From a virus (Duplodnaviria; Caudoviricetes), in IMG/VR virus record IMGVR_UViG_3300033068_001957, positions 32,001 to 96,000 of that record: a stretch of DNA of 64,000 nucleotides. One strand, 5' to 3'. The translations under genes and the position numbers were made by a program. This document shows positions 19,386 to 28,558 of the stretch, in pieces. Position 1 is the stretch's first letter, and every line of letters starts with the position of its first letter. Under the pieces are notes generated by a model. It searched no databases and was not told where the DNA came from. It was given only the letters and a program-made list of their open reading frames with translations.

Positions 19386-20387
19386 TTAAAAACCATTCTG
19401 TGGAAATTTCTCATACGGAATATTTCTTAATTCCATGCATTTTTCAAATTTTTCTTTTTTTCTCTTTAAAAAGATAGATGCATTTGCATATAAATAATCG
19501 TACATGCTCTTAAAGCCCGCTTTTGATCCACATGAGATTTCAAAACATTTTTTACTATTGACCTTGCTTCCAAAATATCTATGACCTTGAACATTCTCCT
19601 TCAAGAAGGATTCTAGATTAGAAATAAAGCCTTCATTTCCAACAAAATTATAGTTTATATTTGGATAGCCTGTTTTTGAAAAGCTAAGGGTAACTCCTCC
19701 ATCTCCGTCAAAATATCCGCGAATAAAATGATGAAATAAATATTCTGGAACTATTTTGTAACATGGAAATTTCAAAGTAAAACTTTTATTTTCAGATACG
19801 CCGAGCTTTTCAAGAGAAGTCCTTAGTTTTTTGCCATTTAGTAAAATTTTACAGGATTTTGTTTTTTCATCAAAGAAGGTTTTAGACGAAGGGGATATTA
19901 GACTTTTAATCTTCTCTAATATCCCAATGTCTTTTATTGACAAACCTATTGCGAGCCTATTTTCTTTGACTCTTAAACATCCATCTGCGTATATAAATCC
20001 AAGAATATAAGCTTTCTCTTCCGAGTCTATTTTTTCAAAATAGTCCTGATCTGTATTACACTTTGAGTAAAATTTATCATCTTGTGATCTTATCTTTACA
20101 CCCTCCTTTTTAAGGGCGTTGAAAATCTTTGTTATTCCTAATCCTAGTTTTTGTTTTATTTGAACTGAGGAAAAACCATCTCGATATAGATTGGCTATTT
20201 CTTCCCTTGTATCTTTCCCTGTTTTATAAGAAGGTCTAAGATTTTCTATTCCGAATCCTTTTCTTTTTCTTGAAATTGTAGTTAGATTTAAACCAGTTAT
20301 TTTAGCAACATCTTTTGAACTTAAGTCTTGTGATTTCCAAAGAATAAAATTTTCCCTTGTCAATAGGGATATTGACTCATCGTTCAT
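19386..20387 (-). CDS. free-standing LAGLIDADG homing endonuclease with N-terminal HTH
   Basis: YILGFIYADG and FIRGYFDGDG, FLKRK. Confidence 0.9.
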   Translation of the reverse strand: MNDESISLLTRENFILWKSQDLSSKDVAKITGLNLTTISRKRKGFGIENLRPSYKTGKDTREEIANLYRDGFSSVQIKQKLGLGITKIFNALKKEGVKIRSQDDKFYSKCNTDQDYFEKIDSEEKAYILGFIYADGCLRVKENRLAIGLSIKDIGILEKIKSLISPSSKTFFDEKTKSCKILLNGKKLRTSLEKLGVSENKSFTLKFPCYKIVPEYLFHHFIRGYFDGDGGVTLSFSKTGYPNINYNFVGNEGFISNLESFLKENVQGHRYFGSKVNSKKCFEISCGSKAGFKSMYDYLYANASIFLKRKKEKFEKCMELRNIPYEKFPQNGF

Positions 20388-20895
20388 TTTTTATCAATTT
20401 AGAACACTTTGAACACATCTTTTTACCATCCACTTCTTCCATTTCTGGTTCTTCACAATCGCAAGTGTCACCCTCTTCATCCTCGTCTTCGATTTCAATC
20501 TCGATAGAAGCTTTGAAGTCTCCTTCTGTGAGTTTGTTTTGAGCGATATTTACAGATGCGACAGAATATTCCAAATCCAGAAGATCAATCGCCTCGTTGG
20601 TTAAGAGCTTGGCATCGCCGTATTTTAGATAGCGATTTAGACGAGCAACAGCCATTTGAAGGTCTGAAACTCCTGGGCGCAAAAAGTTTTTGGCGGCTTC
20701 AAATCCATTCTGCATTACAGATGCTAGGATTTCGGGAGTAGTTTCTTTATTTGCGTCGTCATTAAAAGCGCTCGCCTTGGCCTCAAGAAAAGTTTTCGCC
20801 CGCTCAGATAGAGCAAATTCCCCGAACTTTTTAGTCGGCGGGGCGAAATTAAAGTTTTTTTCTTTGATTTGGGCGGAAAAATCAATCTCAGGCAT
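20377..20895 (-). CDS. hypothetical protein (acidic, Cys-rich C-terminus)
   Basis: ATG at 20895 follows the GTGTAA motif at 20904-20909. Confidence 0.65.
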   Translation of the reverse strand: MPEIDFSAQIKEKNFNFAPPTKKFGEFALSERAKTFLEAKASAFNDDANKETTPEILASVMQNGFEAAKNFLRPGVSDLQMAVARLNRYLKYGDAKLLTNEAIDLLDLEYSVASVNIAQNKLTEGDFKASIEIEIEDEDEEGDTCDCEEPEMEEVDGKKMCSKCSKLIKNER

Positions 20896-20935
20896 ATTAG
20901 GAATTACACGTCTTGCTATAAAATAGTCAAAAATA

Positions 20936-20984
20936 AAAACCTCCAACCAGATCGTTTGCAACCGATTGCCTGATTAGAGGTTTT
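20936..20984 (-). terminator. 15-bp stem intrinsic terminator downstream of nrdB / 3' end of a candidate small RNA
   Basis: AAAACCTCTAATCAG/CTGGTTGGAGGTTTT on the minus strand with two G.U pairs, followed by a T-tract. Confidence 0.7.
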
Positions 20985-21105
20985 ACCTTACGCCGTTTTG
21001 TTTATTTGTATCGGTTTCAGGCTTTTATGAATCGACTGGTGCGCGTTATCAAGAGGCGTTTCGATTACTATTAACTTATATTACATGTTGGCGGGAGAAA
21101 GTCAA

Positions 21106-22116
21106 TCAAAATTCATCAATTTCTCCTTCTAACGCCGAAGCTGCCCTATACCCTTGCTCTCTTTGCTCGAAAAATGCCGTTAAAACAGGAGCCTCAATAA
21201 TTTCTTCCACCCAAGAAAAAGGATTACTAGTTGATTCAAAGATTGGAGACAGATCAACGCTTCCCAACCTAATATTCCCGATAAACTTAGTAAAATCAAT
21301 AAACATTTCTGCCGTCATTCCGAGCATTGGATTTGGCAACGCCTCCTTTGCGTACTGGATTTCTAGCCCCGAAGCTTCCTTCATTAAATTAGACAGTAGA
21401 GTTTTGAATTCCGCCGTCCAAATTTCGGGATAGTCAGTCTTGATAAGATTAATCAACCAAGTCCCAAAAGACAAGTGATTCCCCTCATCTCTCAATGAAT
21501 AACGAATCTGACTATTTAGGCCGCTTAAAATACCACGCCGACAAACAGAAAGAAGCATTACAAAGTTAGACCAAAAGAAAGTCCCTTCGCAAATAATGTA
21601 ATAACAAAACAAGTTCTTGACAAACTCTTGTTTTCCAGCCGTAGTTTTAATATCAAAGTTTTTATCCTGTAAAAGATCGGATGTATTTCTCATCAGGAAG
21701 TCCGTCTTGCTCTTGACGGAGGGAACGTTCAAGTATGCTTCTGCCACTTCTTCTTGAGTTAAGCCGAAACTTTCGACACACACAGAGACAGTTTCATTAT
21801 GAACCTCTTCTTCTTGACCTTTACGGGCCATAAAACGACGACAAGCGCCATCTGTTACATATCGGTATTCAGACAGATAGATATTGTTGTTCACTAAACT
21901 TTCGCCCGCAGAAAAGAATCCAAGGGCACGTTTAATGATTAGTTTTTCATCTTCCGAAACCCTCTCTTTCCAGTCGAGAATATCTTGCCCCATGATAACT
22001 TCGCGGGGATTCCATGTATTTTCGACGCCCTTCTTGTAAAGCTCAAGCGGGTACTGATGTTTTGCCCCGATAATTTGATTTACGCCAACTTGATTTCCGT
22101 CTAGTATTTTACTCAT
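21106..22116 (-). CDS. nrdB: ribonucleotide reductase beta subunit, class Ic (R2c)-type
   Basis: FFSAGESLV, EEVHNETV, EGTFF, DEGNH, FFEQREQGY. Confidence 0.9.
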   Translation of the reverse strand: MSKILDGNQVGVNQIIGAKHQYPLELYKKGVENTWNPREVIMGQDILDWKERVSEDEKLIIKRALGFFSAGESLVNNNIYLSEYRYVTDGACRRFMARKGQEEEVHNETVSVCVESFGLTQEEVAEAYLNVPSVKSKTDFLMRNTSDLLQDKNFDIKTTAGKQEFVKNLFCYYIICEGTFFWSNFVMLLSVCRRGILSGLNSQIRYSLRDEGNHLSFGTWLINLIKTDYPEIWTAEFKTLLSNLMKEASGLEIQYAKEALPNPMLGMTAEMFIDFTKFIGNIRLGSVDLSPIFESTSNPFSWVEEIIEAPVLTAFFEQREQGYRAASALEGEIDEF

Positions 22117-22119
22117 ATA

Positions 22120-24546
22120 TTATTCGCAGACTACGCATCCTTCTTCTTTTCGGCAAACTGCACCTTCTTTATATTCTGGTTCTTTTTCTTCAATTTTTTT
22201 GATGCCAGAAGCTTCTTTATTCCGAAGATAATATGTGGATTTAAGTCCAAGCTCCCATGCGAGTTTGTAAATATTGCTGATTTCCTTAATGTCAGAGCCA
22301 GCGTAGTAGATATTTAGTGATTGACCCATATCAATCCAAACCTGCCGTGCGGCAGCAGCGCGAATCAAAGTCTTCATATCTCTATCCCAACATGAAGCAT
22401 AGAGTTCTTTTACTTCTTGTGGAATGTTTAGATATTTGATGTTGCCCTCGTTCTTCAAAAGGGCGCTACCAATTTGATGGCTCCAAAGGCCGCGTTTCTT
22501 AAGTTCGAGTTTCAACCATTGAAAGGCGTTGATATTATAGTTTGTTCCTGCGTCATTTTTGTAAACGGCCAAACACTCGTAAGTCGGCTCGATGCTCTGC
22601 TCGCAATTATGGATATAAGAAATTCCAGCCGTTGGAGCGATAGCTTGGGTATTGCTGTGGCGCATCCCGTGTTCTGCCACATGGGAGCGCACGATTGACC
22701 AATCTAATGTTTCTAACTCTGAAAGAGTGGGGGTCTTCGAACCGCGATATTCCATTAAGTTTCTATATGTATCTTGGGGTAGGAGTCCCTTACTCCAGAG
22801 ACTTCCCTCGTATGTAGAATACTTACCACGCTCTTTAGCTAATTCTGAGGACGCTAGAATTGCATGATATGAGATAAATTCTTGAATCTTCGATGCAAGT
22901 TTAACCCCCTCTTCTGAATCGTATTTGATTCCAAGGGCATAGCAAACATCTTGGAAACCCATAAATCCGAGAGCAATCGGACGATGTTTTAGATGAGCGA
23001 GCGTTTCGTGTGTCGGATAAAAATTAATGTCGATAGCATTATCAATTGCCCGAACTGTAGTTTTTACCGTTTTCGCGAGCTTATCCCAAAGAATAACGCC
23101 GTTCTCTACGTGATATTTTCCATTCACAGATGAAAGTTGGCAAACGTAAGTCTCGCCATGCTCAATAATATCCCCTAACTCAGATAACTTAGTCTTCTTA
23201 TTATGAAGAAAAATCTCCGTGCAAAGTTGCGTATTATGAATAATACCTTGATGAATATTAGAATATCTAATATTTGCGGGGTCTTTAAAGGTTATCCATG
23301 GATGACTAGTTGAAAACAAAAGTTTAAGATGCTCCGTCCAGAAATCAATGGCTTTAATTTTTTCAAATTTAATTTCGCCCGCTTCTGCTTTTTCTACATA
23401 TTGGCGATATTTTTCGTTAAATTCCTTGCCGTAGATTTCGTGCAATTCAGGAACATCTTTTGGATCAAAGAGATACCAATAGTCTTTATTCTTTAGGCGA
23501 TTAAAAAATTCGTCTGGATACCAAGCGGCAGTATTAAGTTTGTGGGTGCGTTCCCATTCTTCGCCAGTAGCCTTTCGAAGTTCCATAAAGCGTTTGAAAT
23601 CCATATGCCAAGTTTCCATATAGACGCAAGCCGAACCTGCTCTTTTGCCACCCTGATTGAAAGCCTTAATCATAGATTCAACCATTTTAATAAAGGGGAT
23701 TGGGCCGCTGGAAACGCCATTTGTACTTTTAATATGGGAGCCAGAGGCGCGAAGGCTTGTAACATCAATCCCAAGACCGCCCGCATATTTACTCATTCGC
23801 GAATTTTGCCACAACATGTAACCAATACTATTAGCGTCGTCACTAATAGTAGAACCGAAACAGGATGCCGTCTGAGAATGAAGAGTCCCCGAGTTAAAAA
23901 GAGTGGGGGTGGAGGCGCTGGCTAGAAAATTTGAATAATTATTATAAAACTCTATTGCCACATCTTCTTTATTTTCTTCCAGAAGGCAAAGGCCCATCGC
24001 TACGCGCATCCAAAAAGCTTGGGGCGTTTCGATAATCTTTTTGTCGATTTTAAAGAGGTATTTTTGGCGAAGATTTTTCATGCCTGCAAGAGAAAGAAAT
24101 TCATCTCTTTGGGGCGAAATTGCTTGCGAAATCTTTTTAAGATCAAATTCTAGCAAACGTGGGTCAAAAAATCCTTCTTTGACTCCTTTTTTCAAACCCT
24201 TAATGAAGGCTGAACGGTAATCATCTACGAATGTAACGTCTGTAATTGAATCTTTGAAGATTTCTTTATAGAGACAATTCAGGGAAAGTCTTGCCGCAAC
24301 GTATGACCAATTGGGGTCTTTTGGAATTTTTGCCGCCGCAGCTTCAATCAGAGCTTCGTCGATGCTTTCTGTCGGGACTTTATCGTAAAGTTTAATTTGC
24401 GCATCAATAACAAGCTCTGAGGGTGAAACATCTTCAAGATTTTGGCACGCTCGTTCTGCTACTTTATTTACTTTGTCTGGATTAAATTGTTCGATTCTGC
24501 CATTCCGTTTCTTTACCGAGAGTTTTCCGCGTTCCATTTTTTCCAT
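22120..24546 (-). CDS. nrdA: ribonucleotide reductase alpha subunit with ATP cone
   Basis: VKKRNG ATP cone, STPTLFNSG, QGGKRAGS, QLCTEI, APTA, KSTYYLR, C-terminal CxxCE. Confidence 0.95.
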   Translation of the reverse strand: MEKMERGKLSVKKRNGRIEQFNPDKVNKVAERACQNLEDVSPSELVIDAQIKLYDKVPTESIDEALIEAAAAKIPKDPNWSYVAARLSLNCLYKEIFKDSITDVTFVDDYRSAFIKGLKKGVKEGFFDPRLLEFDLKKISQAISPQRDEFLSLAGMKNLRQKYLFKIDKKIIETPQAFWMRVAMGLCLLEENKEDVAIEFYNNYSNFLASASTPTLFNSGTLHSQTASCFGSTISDDANSIGYMLWQNSRMSKYAGGLGIDVTSLRASGSHIKSTNGVSSGPIPFIKMVESMIKAFNQGGKRAGSACVYMETWHMDFKRFMELRKATGEEWERTHKLNTAAWYPDEFFNRLKNKDYWYLFDPKDVPELHEIYGKEFNEKYRQYVEKAEAGEIKFEKIKAIDFWTEHLKLLFSTSHPWITFKDPANIRYSNIHQGIIHNTQLCTEIFLHNKKTKLSELGDIIEHGETYVCQLSSVNGKYHVENGVILWDKLAKTVKTTVRAIDNAIDINFYPTHETLAHLKHRPIALGFMGFQDVCYALGIKYDSEEGVKLASKIQEFISYHAILASSELAKERGKYSTYEGSLWSKGLLPQDTYRNLMEYRGSKTPTLSELETLDWSIVRSHVAEHGMRHSNTQAIAPTAGISYIHNCEQSIEPTYECLAVYKNDAGTNYNINAFQWLKLELKKRGLWSHQIGSALLKNEGNIKYLNIPQEVKELYASCWDRDMKTLIRAAAARQVWIDMGQSLNIYYAGSDIKEISNIYKLAWELGLKSTYYLRNKEASGIKKIEEKEPEYKEGAVCRKEEGCVVCE

Positions 24547-24649
24547 AGTCTAAAAGTTACACGACAAGAACGCTTTGGGCAAGTTGTTTTTTGCAGTGTT
24601 TTGGATTATTTTTGGCGCGAAAACTAGATTCTCAAATTTGCGAGTTTCA

Positions 24650-25075
24650 GTTTTCGCCGAAAGTTTAATGGACACTTTTTGTCCATTTCGCTAAAATCGT
24701 GGACACTTTTTGTCCATTTGGCAACTTTTTTAAAATAGTTTGAAAGATTGTGTGAAAGAAAGTGTAAGTATTGGGGAAACCTAAGAGGATGGGGCCAAGC
24801 GAAGCGGCAAGTAGGAGAAAAAGCTGAAAGCATCAGCGAAGCGATTAAAACGATAGCAATGATAAACGCTTAAACTCCTTGATAACATAAACAATGAATA
24901 GCTTGAAACGAGGAACGAGTTGAAAGCTTAAAGGAGTTTGAGGATTAATCCTCATTCAAAGCTGGAATGAGGAACGAATGGAAGCGGTTATAATGTGCGA
25001 AGCACCTAATGTACCAGAGAACATACGCTATCGTATGTAGTACGCGATTCCAGAAAAGCCCTTCGGGCGAAGCAA
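24650..25075. other. non-coding strand-switch region; candidate replication origin / ssDNA hairpin cluster
   Basis: Divergence point of the two arms; iteron-like repeats, 4x GCGAAGC, tandem-GA hairpins, 16-bp palindrome TGAGGATTAATCCTCA. Confidence 0.55.
24669..24719. repeat. two 20-bp direct repeats TGGACACTTTTTGTCCATTT, each internally palindromic, period 31 bp
   Basis: Copies at 24669-24688 and 24700-24719. Confidence 0.9.
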
Positions 25076-25203
25076 AATATTAGAATCTTCTGTAGGTCCG
25101 CCGATTGTTAAAGGCTCACATCTATCTTTTCGGCGCAAAATATTTTTGGCCGCTCTCATTATTTTCTTGCAAGAAAACTAATCTAGTGTACGTTTGTACC
25201 TCG

Positions 25204-25557
25204 ATGAACCTATACAGACTCATAGTACTCCACGGCGGGCCGAAAAGCTCTTGCACAGCAACGTTTGGTTATATGCTCGCGGAAAATGATGAGCAAGTTT
25301 ATAATCGCCTGAATGATGAAGCGTTTTGGAACGAAGCAGATGAATCTTACATTCTAGAGCGAGAAGAATACCCAGATATGTTTGATCCTGCCCGTCCTAC
25401 GCCCAAAGAACAGATTATGAAGGATTGCGGTGATTTAAAAGACGATAACTGGGACGACGCCTACTACGGTATTTGGAAATACGGCTGGGAAAATCTTGGC
25501 CCAATTACCAACGAAGAGTCTGATGTGTTGGCGAAATTTAAAATGTTAATTGCATGA
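25204..25557 (+). CDS. hypothetical protein (first gene of the right arm)
   Basis: ATG at 25204 follows TTGCAA-N16-TACGTT. Confidence 0.65.
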   Translation: MNLYRLIVLHGGPKSSCTATFGYMLAENDEQVYNRLNDEAFWNEADESYILEREEYPDMFDPARPTPKEQIMKDCGDLKDDNWDDAYYGIWKYGWENLGPITNEESDVLAKFKMLIA

Positions 25558-25760
25558 ATAGTACACTTGCCGAACTTGAAAAAATAGCCTCGCTACACTA
25601 TTGGGCTTATCATAACATCGTGGATAAAGTTCGTGAGATTTACCCCTGCGAAGATTCTGAGCGCTGGGATTTCGACGAGGAAACAGAATCTTTCCGCAAA
25701 ATTAATCTGCCGTCTTTGGAGTGGCAACCCTTCGAAGAAGCAAATGAGCCATTTTAATAT

Positions 25761-25988
25761 ATGCAACTAATTGAATTCCCTCAACAAACCGTTATCATCG
25801 CCAAAGACCAGCCCGAATATTTGCCGCTTCCCGCACATATTTCTAATGAGGGAATCGTCACATGCTGTTGGGAGCTATCTGATGATGATATTGCTCAAAT
25901 CATTAAAACGCGCAAAATCTGGCACCAAATTTGGGCGTTCAGAAAACCTTTGCAGCCACAATTGTTATTAACAGAATGTCCGCTATGA
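25761..25988 (+). CDS. conserved phage hypothetical protein
   Basis: AKDQPEYLPLPAH..CCWEL..KPLQP. Confidence 0.65.
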   Translation: MQLIEFPQQTVIIAKDQPEYLPLPAHISNEGIVTCCWELSDDDIAQIIKTRKIWHQIWAFRKPLQPQLLLTECPL

Positions 25989-26342
25989 ATAGTCCATACC
26001 CTACAACCACCATTGATTCCGTTATCGCTTTGCTCCAAAAAGCAAGAGAAGAATTAGGCGGCGATCATTATTGTCAAATGCACAACGGCGCGGGGGATTT
26101 GATTGATCCTAGTGATTATGATATCCAAGCCGTATGCAGAGGTTCGGCATGCTGGGAAACAATGTATTTGGTGGGTTAAATATATGGACAAAGAACCCGC
26201 GCAAAAGATAATCGCCGCCTTAATTGATCATCGAGGATGCAATTCTTGGTGGTCGCAACTAAAGAAGGATCAACGTAACGAAGTGATTGAAGAAATCGCC
26301 GCGATTATTGATGAGTATATAGAATTCAACTATCGATAATTT

Positions 26343-26891
26343 ATGATAAAGATAATTCTCGCGGACCTCGACGGAACGCTAAATGACTTCTTCGGTTACG
26401 CATTTCAAATTTTAGACGATAAATTCCCAAATAGAATAACAAAAGAAGAATATCTGGCCAATCCATCTTTTAATATGGCCGAAAAGTTTAAGATTTCAGA
26501 CAAAGAATTTTGGGCGACAATAGATAAGGGAAGATTTTGGTATAATATTCCTCAACTTCCATGGACAAGACAGCTATACGAATTTATTGGTAGATTTGCT
26601 CCTGTAGTAATTGCGAGTTCTCCATCCGAAAATCCAGATTGTATTGCTCAAAAGCTAGATTGGCTGGATAAGCATTTGGGCGTTTCTACAAAAGATTGCA
26701 TGTTTGGCTCGAAGAAACATCTGATGGCAAACTCAGAAACTCTTCTTATTGATGATTATCCTAGCAATTGTGACAAATTTATTGCTGCGGGCGGACACGC
26801 TATTTGCGTTCCCTCTACTTGGAATACAAAAAATCTGCAATACAACGACATCTTAGAAAGAATCGTTAGACATCCAGCGTTCAATAAGTAG
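26343..26891 (+). CDS. 5'(3')-deoxyribonucleotidase (NT5C, HAD)
   Basis: ADLDGTLNDF, KLDWL, LLIDDYPSN. Confidence 0.85.
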   Translation: MIKIILADLDGTLNDFFGYAFQILDDKFPNRITKEEYLANPSFNMAEKFKISDKEFWATIDKGRFWYNIPQLPWTRQLYEFIGRFAPVVIASSPSENPDCIAQKLDWLDKHLGVSTKDCMFGSKKHLMANSETLLIDDYPSNCDKFIAAGGHAICVPSTWNTKNLQYNDILERIVRHPAFNK

Positions 26892-27500
26892 ATGCATTCA
26901 TATACTATCTTAGTCGGAGGTTGCGCAAGAACGGGGAAAAGTTTAATGGGCCGCTGTATTCTCAGATTTCTTGCTGAAAATAATATTTGTGCCAAAGAAT
27001 ATGCATTTGCCAACGAATTAAAAAAAGAATGTAACCCATTCACTCTGTTAAATCTTGGAATCTCTAGTTTCACGGAGGATGATGATGAGAAACCCATTAT
27101 TAGAAGCTTATTGCGTTGCTGGGGCACTGATATATGGCGCAAATTAGATAAAGATCATTGGATTAAAAAGGTAGAATTGGCAATTAAAAACGATTCGACG
27201 CCGCATATTGCCGTAATTAATGACGGTCGATTTGAGAATGAGGTTCTATGGGCGCAGAAAAGTGGTTTTGTTATTCATCTCGAAAGAACTATCGGCGGAG
27301 AAATTTTGCCGCCGAATAATAAAGACGAGCAAGAAAATGACCCAATTGTTAAAGAATTAGCAAATTATCGTCATGTTTGGCCAACTTTTGGTGATGATCA
27401 TGCTAATCTTGGTTATTATAACGTGAGCGAATTGATGAGAATGTTATTCGCGGACCAAATAAACACATGGCAAAAAGATTTTCCTCCGATCAAGATTTAA
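26892..27500 (+). CDS. deoxynucleoside monophosphate kinase-like P-loop kinase
   Basis: GCARTGKS, FANELK, WGTDIWR, INDGRFENE. Confidence 0.8.
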   Translation: MHSYTILVGGCARTGKSLMGRCILRFLAENNICAKEYAFANELKKECNPFTLLNLGISSFTEDDDEKPIIRSLLRCWGTDIWRKLDKDHWIKKVELAIKNDSTPHIAVINDGRFENEVLWAQKSGFVIHLERTIGGEILPPNNKDEQENDPIVKELANYRHVWPTFGDDHANLGYYNVSELMRMLFADQINTWQKDFPPIKI

Positions 27501-28036
27501 AGCTCATTGAGGCTGTAAAAGAAACGGGCGACAGTGCTGCAATGACTCAACTCATACAGTTGCACAGCGGTTTATACTCAGAAGTGCTGGCTAACAGCCT
27601 GTCTTCCGATTATGAAGTATTTAAGCAAGAATTGCGCGAAGATAAAGACTATTTGATGTATAAGTACACCATGGATTACGATCCTTCCAAAAACATGAAA
27701 TACCCTACTTACGTAGGCCAGCGTGTCAAATGGATGTGTATGAATATCGTTAATCGCTCTAAACCTTGGCAATCCCTAGAAGAAGGCTCATTCGATTGCT
27801 CTTACGAGCAAGAATTCGAAGATTTAGATCAAAAAAGACTTGACGAAATAAAATCCCTCGCCGATACTTATCCAGACAAGCGAATCATCCAAATCATCAA
27901 CGAGAGATACTTCTTCAAAACCCCTACAAGCTGGAAAGACCTGTCAGCCAAAATGGCTAATGGCCAGCAAGCTCTAATGAGCCTACATAAGAAATTCTTA
28001 ATTTGGGCAAAACCAAAGATGAGCAAGTATATTTGA
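27467..28036 (+). CDS. phage sigma-70-like transcription factor
   Basis: LIQLHSGL, MDYDPSKNMKYPTYV (region 2 YDPxxxxKFxTY), C-terminal HTH-like RYF..SWKDLS. Confidence 0.7.
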   Translation: MAKRFSSDQDLKLIEAVKETGDSAAMTQLIQLHSGLYSEVLANSLSSDYEVFKQELREDKDYLMYKYTMDYDPSKNMKYPTYVGQRVKWMCMNIVNRSKPWQSLEEGSFDCSYEQEFEDLDQKRLDEIKSLADTYPDKRIIQIINERYFFKTPTSWKDLSAKMANGQQALMSLHKKFLIWAKPKMSKYI

Positions 28037-28038
28037 TT

Positions 28039-28224
28039 ATGAATACTGACACAGGAGAAATTCTCCCTTATGAAGATATTCCAGCAGAACTGGCACACAA
28101 ATTTGTGCCAATAAATCGCTCTCTTTCGATGAAGGAAAAGATGAAAATGCAAATCGCACTCTATTCCCCATGCGGATGTGGGAGCGGAAAGAAATTTAAA
28201 TTTTGCTGCAAAACAAATAAATAA
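28039..28224 (+). CDS. SEC-C motif protein
   Basis: PCGCGSGKKFKFCC. Confidence 0.85.
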   Translation: MNTDTGEILPYEDIPAELAHKFVPINRSLSMKEKMKMQIALYSPCGCGSGKKFKFCCKTNK

Positions 28225-28225
28225 T

Positions 28226-28549
28226 ATGACAAAGGAACAATCAATCATCGCCGCCAAACAATTCCGTAAAGATGCGGATGAACTTCTTCAACGAATGAAG
28301 GAGCATACGCAAATCTTGTGTGAAACACGCCAAGATATGAATAAGGGCGGCATTCTCCCTTTCGATGAAAGATTTGAGAATATTAACGAGGTTATTGCTC
28401 AGCACATTATTAGTACCCGCGATCTTGAATCTTGCATTATGCGTCAAGGTATGGTTTTGAAATATATTGGAACGCCAAATCCTTATCCTGACAGCAAAAA
28501 TCCAGATAATACTATCGTCAATCCTACTGCGGATGGACTAAAGATGTAA
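28226..28549 (+). CDS. helical-hairpin phage protein, possibly Acb2/Tad1-like
   Basis: Two-helix pattern, IISTRDLESCIMRQGMVLK, tail PNPYPDSKNP..PTADGLK. Confidence 0.35.
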   Translation: MTKEQSIIAAKQFRKDADELLQRMKEHTQILCETRQDMNKGGILPFDERFENINEVIAQHIISTRDLESCIMRQGMVLKYIGTPNPYPDSKNPDNTIVNPTADGLKM

Positions 28550-28558
28550 TTTAAGTTT

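Noticed and set aside
21040-21060. TTATCAAGAG resembling the start of a SAM-I riboswitch
   Set aside because: The rest of the SAM-I core is absent and it lies antisense to the local genes
24442-24833. ORF-track entries 24442-24627 and 24624-24833
   Set aside because: They overlap nrdA antisense or the repeat/hairpin region and have no protein-like features
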